Origin: an uncultured candidate division Zixibacteria bacterium
GTDB taxonomy: Bacteria > Zixibacteria > MSB-5A5 > GN15 > FEB-12
Assembly: GCA_963806185.1 (NCBI GenBank)
Contig: CAWDXE010000001.1
Span: forward strand, 160,001 to 224,000
DNA length: 64,000 bases
Direction of reading: 5' to 3'
In this document: positions 11,438 to 22,098 of the stretch, in pieces
Layout of the letters: each line of letters opens with the position of its first letter
Position numbering within the stretch: position 1 is the stretch's first letter
Translations under genes and position numbers: made by a program
The notes under the pieces: model-generated
What the model saw: only the letters and a program-made list of their open reading frames with translations
Told to the model about the DNA's origin: nothing
Database searches by the model: none

Positions 11438-12110
11438 TCAGCATCTCGCTGACGGCCTCCAGATGAATCTCGAGGCCGAAGGGTACCAGGTCGTGCACGC
11501 CGCCGACGGCCTGCACGTGCTCGATATCTATGGTAAGGGGAACTTCGATCTCATTCTGCTGGATATCATGCTCCCCGGTAAAGACGGCCTCACGATCTGC
11601 AAGCGAAATCCGCGCCGAGGGCGGCATCCTGCCGATACTCTTCCTCACCGCGCGCGGCCAGACGGAAGAGCGCATCGAGGGTCTGCTGGCCGGCGGCGAC
11701 GACTATATCGTCAAGCCGTTTGACGTTCAGGAACTGATGGCCCGCATTCAGGGCATCTTCCGCCGTCAGGCCTGGCTCGCCTCCGAAGAGACGCTCACCG
11801 GCGCCTACGAATGGGACGACCGCAAGGTCGATTTCAAAACGTTCGTGGCTTCGGGACCGAACGGTCGTCCACCAACTCACTCGCAAAGAATGTATGGTCG
11901 TCAAATATCTGGTCGAACGCGCCGGCCAGGTCGTCAGTCGCGATCAGTTGCTCGACGCCGTCTGGGGATACCACATCTACCCCACCAATCGCACGATCGA
12001 CAACTTCATTCTCAAACTGCGGAAGATCTTCGAGGACGACCCAAAGGAACCCGAAATATTTCGAGACCATTCGCGGCGTCGGCTATCGCTTCACCCGGAG
12101 TCAGCCATGA
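11409..12110 (+). CDS. OmpR-family response regulator; three +1 frameshifts (about 11602, 11868, 12046)
   Basis: Receiver LLVEDD, LDIMLP, DDYIVKPF and wHTH SRDQLLDAVWG, RTIDNFI, ETIRGVGYRF, spread over successive frames. Confidence 0.9.
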
Positions 12111-12459
12111 TCGGCAATTCGCCGAACAAATCTCCTCGTTATCAAGCCACATGTTCGGTCGTACGAGGAATCGCTCAGCGCGCCAAGGGCGTGACGCTGG
12201 TAATCACGCCGAAGGAATCCGAATGGCCCGGCTGGCTCTGGTGCACGGCGCCTGACGGCCGCTCCGGCTGGGTACCGCAGGCGTTCGTGAATACAGGAAG
12301 ATCAATCGCGCGATCCTGCTCCGCGATTACGACGCCGTCGAGTTGACCGTCAGTCCCGGTGAAATGCTCACCGTGCTCGAACGAGTCGCCGGCTGGGCCT
12401 GGTGCCGCAACGCCAAAGGCGAACTCGGATGGGTTCCGAACGATTGTATCAACGGTTGA
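12107..12459 (+). CDS. Tandem bacterial variant-SH3 protein; frameshifted
   Basis: EWPGWLWC...GRSGWVP, then in another frame RDYDAVELTVSPGEML...GWAWCRNAKGELGWVP. Confidence 0.75.
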
Positions 12460-12471
12460 TTGTTTCCAATT

Positions 12472-13059
12472 ATGATTTCACTGATCTTCGGCCTCGGTAA
12501 CCCCGGCAAAAAATACGCCGGCACTCGCCATAACGTCGGCTACGATGTCGTCTCGACGGTCGCTTCCCGCCTTCGTGCCACTCCGCAACCTCCGCACGAT
12601 CTCTATCAATGGTCAACTTTCGAGCGACCAGCCTCACGCATTGTGCTCGCCTGGCCCACCACCTTTATGAATCTCTCCGGCCATGCCGTGACCGAGCTTC
12701 TGGCGGAGACTCAGATCGATCTGGCCAATATTCTGGTCGTCGTGGATGATTTTAATCTCTCCTTGGGTACGACGCGGATACGCTCGGAGGGTTCCGACGG
12801 CGGTCACAATGGCCTCGCGTCGATTATTGAATCTATTGGCAGCCAACAGTTTGCCCGCGTCCGGGTCGGCCTTGGCCCCCTCTTGCCTGACTTCAGTGTC
12901 ATCGATTTCGTGCTAAGCCGCTTTTCTGAGGCAGAACGCGTAGAAATCGATAAGGCGGTTGACTTTGCCGCCGAGGCCTGTATATTCGCACTGGACAATC
13001 CGCTGGAAACAACGATGTCCAAGTACAACAGAAACCCTGCCCTGCCGGAAAATTCCTGA
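12472..13059 (+). CDS. pth: Peptidyl-tRNA hydrolase
   Basis: GLGNPG..Y..TRHNVG, TTFMNLSG and GGHNGL. Confidence 0.96.
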   Translation: MISLIFGLGNPGKKYAGTRHNVGYDVVSTVASRLRATPQPPHDLYQWSTFERPASRIVLAWPTTFMNLSGHAVTELLAETQIDLANILVVVDDFNLSLGTTRIRSEGSDGGHNGLASIIESIGSQQFARVRVGLGPLLPDFSVIDFVLSRFSEAERVEIDKAVDFAAEACIFALDNPLETTMSKYNRNPALPENS

Positions 13060-13113
13060 AATCCACGACGGGGCCGTTTGACCTTTAACCAACGTCCGTA
13101 GGGAGGATTTGTA

Positions 13114-13686
13114 GTGAATCGCTACGAAACTACCTTTATTCTCAATTCCCAGGCCGACGATGCTACCATCGATCGTCAGGTCAAGGCTGTCTCCGATATC
13201 ATCACCACGAATGGCGGCGCCATTTTGCATGAGGATCGGATGGGCACCCGCCGACTGGCGTATGAAATTGCCGGTCTGACTCAGGGATACTACATGAGCT
13301 TCATCTTCGAAGCCCCGGCTGGCGTCCTGCCGTTGCTCGAGCGCCATTACAAGCTCGAGGAACCGTATGTCCGCCACCTCACCGTTATCTTCGACGCCGA
13401 CCTCGAGGCCGTCAAGAAGGGCCCGTCTCTGTTTGAGTCGGTCTTCGAGCGTCCCGACCGTGGCGAGGCCGATGGCGGCCGTCGCGACGGCCGTCGTGGC
13501 CACTGGGGTGATCGTGACAATCGCGGTGGTGGCGACCGCTGGGATCGCGGCGACCGTGGCGGCCGCGATGATCGTGGCGATCATCGCCCGCATGACCGTG
13601 GCCCGCGTCGCTTTGACTCCGCCCCCTCGGCTCCTCAGCCGCCGCGGAGTAATCCCGGTGAATCGTCATCGGGGAGCAACTCCTGA
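13114..13686 (+). CDS. rpsF: 30S ribosomal protein S6 with a long RGD-rich C-terminal tail
   Basis: RYETTFIL, GTRRLAYEI and GYY. GTG start with RBS GGGAGG. Confidence 0.96.
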   Translation: MNRYETTFILNSQADDATIDRQVKAVSDIITTNGGAILHEDRMGTRRLAYEIAGLTQGYYMSFIFEAPAGVLPLLERHYKLEEPYVRHLTVIFDADLEAVKKGPSLFESVFERPDRGEADGGRRDGRRGHWGDRDNRGGGDRWDRGDRGGRDDRGDHRPHDRGPRRFDSAPSAPQPPRSNPGESSSGSNS

Positions 13687-13731
13687 TGTGGCCCCGCCCA
13701 AAGCGAAGAAACTGATTGAAAGGATAGATCC

Positions 13732-13992
13732 ATGGCCTATTATCGCAATAACGAAGAACGCGGCGACGGCGAAAAGAAACGCAAAAAGATCTGCCGGTTC
13801 TGCGAGAATAAAATCAACTATATCGACCACAAGAACGAACGTCTCCTCCGTCGGTTCTGCACCGAACGTGGCAAGATTGTTCCCCGCCGGATTTCCGGTA
13901 ACTGCGCCATACATCAGCGCAAGCTGACCGTGGCTATTAAACGTGGTCGTCATCTGGCAATTATGCCGTTTGTCGCCGAATCGTACCGCTAG
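13732..13992 (+). CDS. rpsR: 30S ribosomal protein S18 (zinc-ribbon form)
   Basis: [28 protein letters not shown]. Confidence 0.97.
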   Translation: MAYYRNNEERGDGEKKRKKICRFCENKINYIDHKNERLLRRFCTERGKIVPRRISGNCAIHQRKLTVAIKRGRHLAIMPFVAESYR

Positions 13993-14040
13993 TCGGACGA
14001 TTCAGGAAAACTGTTGCTTCGATTTTACCGTGAGGTTACC

Positions 14041-14487
14041 ATGAAAGTGATTTTGCGCGAAGATATTCCGGATCTCGGTACGGCGGGACAGACGATTGAA
14101 GTCAAGGCCGGCTACGGCCGCAACTTCCTCATCCCCCGCAACCTGGCCATTCCCGCGACCAAGGGCAATCTCCGCTCGGTCGACGAGATTCAGCGCCAGA
14201 AAGACATCCGGACCAAAAAACGCCGTCGAGCGGCCGAGGTCGTCAAAGACAAAGTCGAGAAGATCTCGCTCGAGATCGAAGTGCTGGTCGGCGAAGAAGA
14301 CCGCCTGTTCGGGTCGGTCACCAGCAATGACATCGCCGAGCTGATCGGCGCCAACGGTGTTACGGTCGACAAGCGGGCCATCCAGCTCGAAGAACCCATC
14401 AAGGCGCTCGGCTGGTACACCGTGCCGATCAAGATAGACAAGGATGTAACCGCGAGTATTCGGGTGTTCGTAAAAAAGAAACTGTAA
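14041..14487 (+). CDS. rplI: 50S ribosomal protein L9
   Basis: MKVILREDI, LG..G, VKAGYGRNFLIP and LFGSVT. Confidence 0.97.
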   Translation: MKVILREDIPDLGTAGQTIEVKAGYGRNFLIPRNLAIPATKGNLRSVDEIQRQKDIRTKKRRRAAEVVKDKVEKISLEIEVLVGEEDRLFGSVTSNDIAELIGANGVTVDKRAIQLEEPIKALGWYTVPIKIDKDVTASIRVFVKKKL

Positions 14488-14490
14488 CAC

Positions 14491-15018
14491 ATGAATATGC
14501 TTGAGGTCAAACTGGAAGGTCTGGCCCTCGATATGACCACCAATTCTCCGGTGGTCATCCTCTCGCCGGCCGGTCTCGAAAAGGTGCTGCCCATCTGGAT
14601 CGGCCACGCCGAAGCCTGGGCCATCGCCATGGAACTCTCCGGCGTCGGCTCGCGCCGCCCGATGACCCACGATCTGATCAAACACGTCATCGAAGCCATG
14701 CACGGCCACGTCGAACGAGTCGAGATTACCGAACTCCGCGAGCAGACCTTCTTTGCTTTGATCCATCTCCGTTGCGACGGGCAAACGATGACCGTCGATG
14801 CCCGTCCGTCCGATTCCATTGCCCTGGCCCTCAAATGCGGGGTCAGCATCTATGTCAACGAGGAGCTGTTCAACCTGGCCGCGTCGGCAACCATGGGCGA
14901 CGCATCCGAACCGGATGCCCCCAATGATACGCCGCCGATGGGTCCAATCGACCGCGAGACGTTGCGCGAACGGCTCCGTAAGATCAACCCGGAAGATTTC
15001 GGCAAATTCTCACTCTGA
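14491..15018 (+). CDS. Bifunctional nuclease family protein (DUF151)
   Basis: LPIWIG..EA.AI, RPMTHDL and DARPSDSIALAL. Confidence 0.92.
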   Translation: MNMLEVKLEGLALDMTTNSPVVILSPAGLEKVLPIWIGHAEAWAIAMELSGVGSRRPMTHDLIKHVIEAMHGHVERVEITELREQTFFALIHLRCDGQTMTVDARPSDSIALALKCGVSIYVNEELFNLAASATMGDASEPDAPNDTPPMGPIDRETLRERLRKINPEDFGKFSL

Positions 15019-16802
15019 TGCGCACTCATCGCGTATGGCTGGCGCTGCTTTTGCTCGTGTTCGCCGCCGTCGGCGTACGCGGCGATGATATTACGGATGA
15101 ACCGGACGCCGTCTCGGCCTACACCCGCGGCCTCCGCCTCATGCGCGAAAGCAATTATCTCGACGCCGCTCGCACCTTCCACGATCTCGCGGACAAGTTC
15201 GCAAACTCTCCCAATCGCGACCTGTTCCTCTTCAACGCCGCCAAAGCCGAGTACCACCTCGGTGACCTCCCCAAGGCGAACGCGACCTTCGACGAACTGC
15301 TCACTCAGTTCCCCGACAACTCGCTTCGCCCCTTCGTAAAATTCTTCCAGGGCAACATCCTCTACGCACAGGGTCGCATTCAACGCGCGCTCGACACCTG
15401 GACCACCGCCTACCCGCTGGCACAGATCGACGATCGCCTCCGTAGCCTGACTCGCGCGTCGATCACCGCCGCCGTCCTGGCCGACGAGACCCGACTCAAT
15501 CTGCTGCGCATCGACTCACTGCCAAGGGATCTGCGCTGTGAGCTCGCGCGTCATATTGCCGACGCTTTTTCCGAAGAGAAACGCCTCACCGCCGCCCAAC
15601 AGGCGCTCGCGCTCTGTTCCGACATGGATCGGGCGGTGAAGTCGCAACTCGATTCGAGCATCGCCAGGCAGAATATCGAGATCGCCATCGTCCTCCCGTT
15701 TTCCGGCGAACTCGCCGATTACGCCGATGAAATCTTCCAGGGGGCGGTGATCGCCGCCGAAGAGCAGTCGGCCGCCATCGGCCGCACCATCCATCTCACG
15801 ACCTATGATACCAAGGGTGAGCCGCTCGAGGCCGCACGCATCATCAAAGACCTCGCCCGCTCTCAGGTCCTGGCCGCCGTCGGTCCGTTGACCTCCGAAG
15901 AAGCCGGCGTCGTCTCTGCCGCCAACGGCTGTGACCCGCTGCCCATCGTCATACCCGCCGCCACCGAGGCCGGCCTGACTCGACTCAGCCAGACGACCTT
16001 TCAACTCTCACCCAATATCGAACTGCAGGGTATCGCCGCCGCAGATTACGCCGTCTCCGTCCTCAAAGCCGACTCCGCCGCCATCATCAGTCCTACGACT
16101 TCCGAATGCACTCGGCTTACCGACGCTTTCAGCCGCCGCTTCAAACAGCTCGGCGGGAAAATACTGGCGGTGGAATATTACCGACCCCGGGACAAAGACT
16201 TCGGCCCCTATTTGCGCGATTTGAAACTGGCCGTCCGCGGCCGCCCCCTTGATTCTGCCGTCTACATCAACCAGCGCGGCGACACGCTTGAATCGGACGG
16301 CTACCCCGCGGCAGTGGATTGCCTCTTCCTCCCCGGCGACGTCGAACACCTCCGCCAACTACTGCCGCAACTCAATTTCTACGGCATCACCGCGCAGTAT
16401 CTGGGTTCCGATGCCTGGGGCGATGAAATGATCTGTCGCCTCGGCGCTGACAACACGAAACAGGCAGTCTTCCCTTCCCCGTTCATGGTTGATGAGAACT
16501 CCGAGTCTTTCGTCAAACTCAGATCGGCCTTCGACGCCCGTCTCGGCCGCCGCCCCCAGCGCCTGGCTTCACTCGGTTATGATGCCGTCACCGTGATCGC
16601 CCGTGCCATCGGCAAGGATACCCCCAATCGCGATCACCTTGTCGACCGGTTGATTCACCTGCCGCCGCTCGCGGGCGCCGCCGGCCGCATCGTCTTTGGC
16701 CTCCACCGGGAGAATGTCGCCATGCCGATGTACCGCATCCGCGATGGTGTCGCCGTCCCGCTGGGCGTGCAGACCATTTCCGAGTTTCCAACGGCCCGGT
16801 GA
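15018..16802 (+). CDS. Exported TPR plus periplasmic-binding-fold protein (LpoA/LppC-like)
   Basis: Signal peptide, N-terminal TPRs, IAIVLPFSG, VGPLTSEE and LGYDA. Confidence 0.75.
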   Translation: MRTHRVWLALLLLVFAAVGVRGDDITDEPDAVSAYTRGLRLMRESNYLDAARTFHDLADKFANSPNRDLFLFNAAKAEYHLGDLPKANATFDELLTQFPDNSLRPFVKFFQGNILYAQGRIQRALDTWTTAYPLAQIDDRLRSLTRASITAAVLADETRLNLLRIDSLPRDLRCELARHIADAFSEEKRLTAAQQALALCSDMDRAVKSQLDSSIARQNIEIAIVLPFSGELADYADEIFQGAVIAAEEQSAAIGRTIHLTTYDTKGEPLEAARIIKDLARSQVLAAVGPLTSEEAGVVSAANGCDPLPIVIPAATEAGLTRLSQTTFQLSPNIELQGIAAADYAVSVLKADSAAIISPTTSECTRLTDAFSRRFKQLGGKILAVEYYRPRDKDFGPYLRDLKLAVRGRPLDSAVYINQRGDTLESDGYPAAVDCLFLPGDVEHLRQLLPQLNFYGITAQYLGSDAWGDEMICRLGADNTKQAVFPSPFMVDENSESFVKLRSAFDARLGRRPQRLASLGYDAVTVIARAIGKDTPNRDHLVDRLIHLPPLAGAAGRIVFGLHRENVAMPMYRIRDGVAVPLGVQTISEFPTAR

Positions 16803-16884
16803 GCCGCGCGATGTGGGCCGACGATCAGTTGTTTTCACGCCGCCCGTCCTCTATATTCCATGAAAAGAAGCTAAAGGAGTTCCG

Positions 16885-17091
16885 GTGACGGATAACAAAA
16901 TAGCCATCAAGATGGTCATCGACGGTAAAGAGCGCGACGTCTCGTTTGAGGAGCTGGCTCTCTCCAATAATCTCGCCCAGGAAGCGCTCGTGCGCTTGCT
17001 TATTGACAAGAAGCTCTTCACCCCGAAAGAATTGCTCGACATGATGGAAACCGTCAAACGCGAACGCTACCGCCACCCGGACGAAAAGTAA
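16885..17091 (+). CDS. Small hypothetical protein
   Basis: GTG start with RBS AAGGAG; codon usage like its neighbours. Confidence 0.7.
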   Translation: MTDNKIAIKMVIDGKERDVSFEELALSNNLAQEALVRLLIDKKLFTPKELLDMMETVKRERYRHPDEK

Positions 17092-17097
17092 TCGGCC

Positions 17098-17586
17098 ATG
17101 ACTGATCCCCGGATACAGGACGCCGCCGACTCAACTGTCATACCCGACGAGGGCGCGGTGCTAACTTGGACCGTCCATCCGATGAAACGGCGACCGCTCG
17201 TCGCCGTCGCGGTCACGCTCTTCATCATGTTGATTGGCGCCATTGTCTTCTATTCCACCGAATCGCGCCTCTTTGCCGTGCTGGCCCTGGTCATCCTCTT
17301 TGCGTCGGTGGCAAAATATTATTTTCCCACCAGCTACCGCCTGACCGACCGCAAAATCACGGTCAAGTCCACCACGCAGACTCTCCACAAAGAGTGGTCG
17401 CTCTATCGCAGCTGCTGGCCCGACAAAAACGGTATCCTGCTCTCACCCTTCGCCGAACAGTCGCGCCTGGAGAATTTCCGGGGCATCTATCTTCTCTTCA
17501 ACGACAACAAGGAGGCGGTTACCGCTTTCGTCAAGGCACGCCTCAACCGCGACTTCGAAACCCCATCGTCAGGAGACAAGGCGTGA
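17098..17586 (+). CDS. Hypothetical membrane protein (two TM helices plus a soluble domain)
   Basis: Hydrophobic hairpin; tight operon spacing. Confidence 0.75.
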   Translation: MTDPRIQDAADSTVIPDEGAVLTWTVHPMKRRPLVAVAVTLFIMLIGAIVFYSTESRLFAVLALVILFASVAKYYFPTSYRLTDRKITVKSTTQTLHKEWSLYRSCWPDKNGILLSPFAEQSRLENFRGIYLLFNDNKEAVTAFVKARLNRDFETPSSGDKA

Positions 17587-18029
17587 ACTATTTCGGCGGC
17601 TCCTCCCAGCTTCCTCCCGGCGGATCGCGCCTGGCCGAAGACGAAGACTTGGTACTCGCTAAACTCGCCGGCAAAGTCGTCGATCGCGGCTTCACCGTCC
17701 CGGCCATTCTCTTCCTCGAATCGGTCAAACCGCTCAATTACATCGGCTCGCAAGCCCTGGTCTTTTTCGAACCGATCGTGCAAAGCTTGTTCAATTTCAA
17801 GGAATACGACACCTTCCGCACCGCCCTTGAAAAACGTGAATCCATCGAGGTACTCATCCAGAAGATCGAAGCCATGGACGCCGTTGCGCTCGTCAAAGAA
17901 AAACGCCTGAAAGCATATATTAAAGAGCAGAAGAAAAGCTGGCGATGGTATCAGCGCTGGCTCGGCGTCTTCACGCCGAAAGTCGATCCGCCCGACTCGG
18001 TCCTTAATCCGCCCGACGAAAAGAAGTAA
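17583..18029 (+). CDS. Hypothetical protein
   Basis: GTGA overlap with the previous stop and RBS AGGAG; PAILFLESVKPLNYIGSQ segment. Confidence 0.75.
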   Translation: MNYFGGSSQLPPGGSRLAEDEDLVLAKLAGKVVDRGFTVPAILFLESVKPLNYIGSQALVFFEPIVQSLFNFKEYDTFRTALEKRESIEVLIQKIEAMDAVALVKEKRLKAYIKEQKKSWRWYQRWLGVFTPKVDPPDSVLNPPDEKK

Positions 18030-18040
18030 TCCCAAGCGCT

Positions 18041-19031
18041 ATGCCGACCGCCGCCGACATCAAGCAGCTCGCCTATGATGCCGGCTTTGATCTGTGCGGC
18101 ATTGTCTCTCCCGAGGTTGTCCCGGAGGCGCGCGAACGATACCTCCGCTGGCTCGAACGAGGCTACCATGGCGACATGACCTATCTCGCGAAAGAACACG
18201 ATCGGCGCACCGACCCCGCTCGGCTCGCCGATAACGTTCGCTCCGTCATCATGCTCGGCCTCAACTATTACCAGAAGAATTCACCGAATACACCCCCCGG
18301 CCACGGTGTCGTCGCCCGTTATGCCAGGGGACGCGACTATCACAAAGTGATGGAGTCAAAACTCAAGAAGTTGGTGCGGCTCATCCGCAAGTCGGCTGGC
18401 GATGAAGCCGCTGCTCAAAGCGTATGTCGACTACGGCCCCCTGCTCGAACGCACCTACGCCGCCAAAGCGGGACTGGGGTTTCTCGGCAAAAATTCAATG
18501 CTGATCAACCACCGCTTCGGCTCCTGGATTCTGCTTTCCGAGATTGTCACCAGCCTCGATCTCGCGCCCGATGACCAGTTCGCAGTCAATCACGGCACCT
18601 GCGGAAAATGCAAACGATGTATGACCTTCTGCCCCACCGGCGCTATCATCAAGCCGGGCGTGGTCGATGCTACCCGGTGCATTTCCTACCTCACTATTGA
18701 ACGCCCGTCGGCGATCCCGCCCGACCTCGCCGCCTTGATGGGCGATGCCCTGTTCGGCTGTGACATTTGCCAGGAAGTCTGCCCGTACAACCTGAAGTCA
18801 ATCGTCACGCCGCACCCCGAGTTTCTCCCGGAAAACGGCGTGGGCGAATCGGTCAACCTCGGGAAACTGTTGAAGCTGCAATCGCGGGAGGAATTTCTCA
18901 AACTGACTGCGGGTACTCCGCTGACGCGGGCCAAACTCGAGGGCCTGCAGCGCACTGCCCGCATCGCCCTTGAAAACGAAAAGCGGCAGGAGAAACTCCC
19001 GCCGCCCGACAAGCCGAAAAAGACGTCCTGA
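18041..19031 (+). CDS. queG: Epoxyqueuosine reductase; +1 frameshift near 18410
   Basis: [50 protein letters not shown] and [10 protein letters not shown]. Confidence 0.94.
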
Positions 19032-19745
19032 TCACCACTGCATTTTGTATACCCGCTGTCCCCCGGCCGGCGTCGACCCGCTTCCGCGCATCCTGTAAAT
19101 CGCTTTGATCGCCACCCAGCCGAAGACAAATCCGCCGACGTGCGCCAGCCAGGCCGTGCCTCCGCCCGACGAAATATCGGCTACCGACATGACCAGTTGG
19201 ATCGCAAACCAGATCCCCAGCACAACCTTCGCGGGCAACGTGACAAACTGAATGAAGAAAAACACGATAAGACAGGTGATTTCCGCCCTCGGATGCAGCA
19301 CCAGATACGCTCCCATCACGCCGGCTATCGCTCCCGATGCACCCACCAACGGCACGGCGGAATGGGGATTGAACAACGTATACATCGCAATCGCCAACAG
19401 CCCCGCGGCCAGGTAGAAGAGCAGATATTTGACCGGGCCGAAATAGTCCTCCACATTGTTGCCGAAAATCCAGAGAAACAGCATGTTGCCGATCAAATGC
19501 CACCACCCCCCATGCATGAACATCGAACTGAACGGCGTCACGTAGAGCGTGCCGGCGTCCAGGTACGGACTCTGGGCATTCAGGAAATAACCCGGCGTGA
19601 ACCCGTACGACACGATGAGAAACTGAAATCGCTCCAATCCGCCCATCCACGTAAACAGGAATATCAGGCTGTTCACCGCGATCAGCCCGATCGTGACGAC
19701 CGGCGTGCGCATGGTCGGATTGTCATCTCGAAGGGGAAAAAACAC
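19032..19745 (-). CDS. Rhomboid intramembrane serine protease
   Basis: FMHGGWWHLIGNM, GASG and AHVGGF. Confidence 0.95.
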   Translation of the reverse strand: MFFPLRDDNPTMRTPVVTIGLIAVNSLIFLFTWMGGLERFQFLIVSYGFTPGYFLNAQSPYLDAGTLYVTPFSSMFMHGGWWHLIGNMLFLWIFGNNVEDYFGPVKYLLFYLAAGLLAIAMYTLFNPHSAVPLVGASGAIAGVMGAYLVLHPRAEITCLIVFFFIQFVTLPAKVVLGIWFAIQLVMSVADISSGGGTAWLAHVGGFVFGWVAIKAIYRMRGSGSTPAGGQRVYKMQW

Positions 19746-19755
19746 TCGCGTTCCT

Positions 19756-22098
19756 CTACTTGTGACCGGACCCGGCTTTGGTCTTCTTAACCGCCCCGAC
19801 CGCAGGTTTCTTGCCTTCTATGACACTGAAAATGGAAAACTGCTCCGTGCGGTTGCCGGCTCGATCGGTCACCGTCACTGCAAGGTGATGATCCCCCACC
19901 GCCAGCGAATCCGGGGGCTGGAACCGACATTGTTTTGCCTCCGGATCATACTCCGGTATCATCCACTTGTTGTCCAGTTTGATGTCAATCGACCGATCAT
20001 CGGCCAATCCGGACAGCGTGTCGCGTACCGTAAAAGTAATCTTCGGCAATCGATCGGTTATGACCGAACGCGGCGGAATACTGAAATCCCCGACATACGG
20101 CCGCTCAACATCCATGACCGCGGCAAACGACCCGCTCCCGGTTGTCGTCGCTGTCAGCGTATCGTTACGAAAGACATTGTCACCCAGCCAGACCCAGCGA
20201 TCAGCCGCCTTGTCCAGCCAGCAAATTCCCGAAATCGCATTGGTGGCCGACCCGGGCGGCAACGTGACTTGCAGAGTGTACCCCCGCTTCGCAACGAATT
20301 CTTCCGGGAGTACTTCATAGTAGCTCGAATTCAGTTTCATCAATCCCGGATTCATGAGCTTGTTCGCGCGTACGCCGACAAAGCGCGGGAAAAACAGATC
20401 GTCCTTTTCAAATATCACACGCGCCTTCTCATCCAGAACGAGCGTATCGGCACCCCGTATTCCCGCCACGGCCAGGTTAACCTCCTCCGTGTCCAGCAGG
20501 GGATAGAGACTGTCCGGCACCGTCACGAGACCGATCTTGTCGACCCGGACATACTGTTCGCGCGCCGGGATCAGCACGTAGTACGCGCTCATACTGAAAT
20601 ACTGCGCCGGCTTTTCAATACCGAGGAGCTGACCTCGGTAATACAACTGCACCCGAGGTACCATCGCAAACCGCTCGTCCGAAAGAACTTTCACCAGCAC
20701 GCCGTCGTGTGTCAATTCCCATTCCAGCCTGGCGCGCACCCCTTGCTTGTCGCGAATGCCGCTAAACGGTTGATCGAGGTGCACTATCTGATTCCCCGTA
20801 TAATAACCCAGCGCCATGACAACGTTTTCCGGATTGCGCGCGACCACCGTGAGAACCGGATGGCGCTTGTCCCGCCGGGAGATGATCGCATTGTTCCCGC
20901 GACCCCATCTGTCCGATTTGTTCACGCAGACCGCAATCGAGTCAAACGCCAATCGATCATAATCGGTACACGTGGTCAGGAAATATCTCGTGGTGTCTGC
21001 AGCCCCGGTGACAGCCGAGTCCACGACCATCGCGTTCCCCGTCGGTCCCTGCCGATAGGTGAATGTCAAGGTCGCCGTGTTGCCGGCGAAATCGCCCGCC
21101 TCAATTCTCACCCGGCGCATGCCGACGTGGCGGTCTGCGTCCATGCCAATGATACCCCTGTATTCATTGGTGGCGCGACTCCCGGCAAATTCATCACCCG
21201 GCGACTGATACAGCCGCCTCACCCTGTTCTTTCCGACTGACACCTGGCCAAAGCTGTATTCAAAGTACGACGCCTGGCCGGTCGCGAAATCCAGCGTGTC
21301 AAACTTTGACTCGTACCAGAGACTGTCATCCACGTAGACCCGCAGACTGTACACCGCCTGCTCCATCCCGTCTGCTCGCATCCGATCGGAACACTCAACC
21401 AGCAGGCCGAACGGTCGATCAAGGTAGGGAATCGTATCGACCACCGCCTGCCCCGCCTTGCCTGCTCCTTTCACTGAGAAGAACCACTGACGTTTGCCAT
21501 CGGGAAGAAGCGACCGCTCGTCCGTCAACTCGATCCCCAGTCGCGTGAAGCTCGGCCGCACCTTGTCTTTGAGCGGGAAACCGTGACGTAGCGGATTGAT
21601 AGGTTTGTCCTCGGCGGTTCTCGATTCAAAATGCAAATGCGGCGCCCCCGAGCCGGTTTGTCCGGACAGGGCGATCAACTCGCCCTGGCGTACGCGCAGT
21701 GAATCCTTCGGGAAAAAGAGATCCTCGTAATACCGCTGGTCACGGTACTGAGCCGCTTTAAGCGCCCGGTCCACGGTCGGTGCATATTGATCGAGATGAC
21801 CGAATACATACGTCCGACCGTCATCCCCGGCGACGTAGAGCCCCTTGCCGTAGCCAAAGTAAGACGTCTTAACTCGCTTGACGTACCCGTCTACCGGCGC
21901 AAATACTTTGGCTCCGATCCGACCCCCAGTCCGAATATCCAGTCCGGCATGAAAGCGGCCCGAGCGATAATCTCCAAAGCCCGAGGCAAGATCAATAGCA
22001 TTGTCTACCGGCCATCTCACCGAACTGGCATAAGATGTTGTAAGACAGGCAATTAAAAAAGTACAGCACGTGGCGACCAAAAAGCGAAATATCTGCAT
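19756..22098 (-). CDS. Exported M23 peptidase with extra C-terminal domains
   Basis: FHAGLDI (HxxxD), PHLHFE (HxH) and a signal peptide. Confidence 0.9.
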   Translation of the reverse strand: MQIFRFLVATCCTFLIACLTTSYASSVRWPVDNAIDLASGFGDYRSGRFHAGLDIRTGGRIGAKVFAPVDGYVKRVKTSYFGYGKGLYVAGDDGRTYVFGHLDQYAPTVDRALKAAQYRDQRYYEDLFFPKDSLRVRQGELIALSGQTGSGAPHLHFESRTAEDKPINPLRHGFPLKDKVRPSFTRLGIELTDERSLLPDGKRQWFFSVKGAGKAGQAVVDTIPYLDRPFGLLVECSDRMRADGMEQAVYSLRVYVDDSLWYESKFDTLDFATGQASYFEYSFGQVSVGKNRVRRLYQSPGDEFAGSRATNEYRGIIGMDADRHVGMRRVRIEAGDFAGNTATLTFTYRQGPTGNAMVVDSAVTGAADTTRYFLTTCTDYDRLAFDSIAVCVNKSDRWGRGNNAIISRRDKRHPVLTVVARNPENVVMALGYYTGNQIVHLDQPFSGIRDKQGVRARLEWELTHDGVLVKVLSDERFAMVPRVQLYYRGQLLGIEKPAQYFSMSAYYVLIPAREQYVRVDKIGLVTVPDSLYPLLDTEEVNLAVAGIRGADTLVLDEKARVIFEKDDLFFPRFVGVRANKLMNPGLMKLNSSYYEVLPEEFVAKRGYTLQVTLPPGSATNAISGICWLDKAADRWVWLGDNVFRNDTLTATTTGSGSFAAVMDVERPYVGDFSIPPRSVITDRLPKITFTVRDTLSGLADDRSIDIKLDNKWMIPEYDPEAKQCRFQPPDSLAVGDHHLAVTVTDRAGNRTEQFSIFSVIEGKKPAVGAVKKTKAGSGHK

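Noticed and set aside
11409..12459. Programmed ribosomal frameshifting or true pseudogenes
   Set aside because: No slippery heptamers, and the indels are scattered over unrelated conserved genes, consistent with sequencing error.
19693..21240. 515-aa plus-strand ORF and other long antisense ORFs (e.g. 31459-32343, 40206-41165, 54122-55099)
   Set aside because: Shadow frames of well-supported genes in GC-rich DNA, with no motifs.
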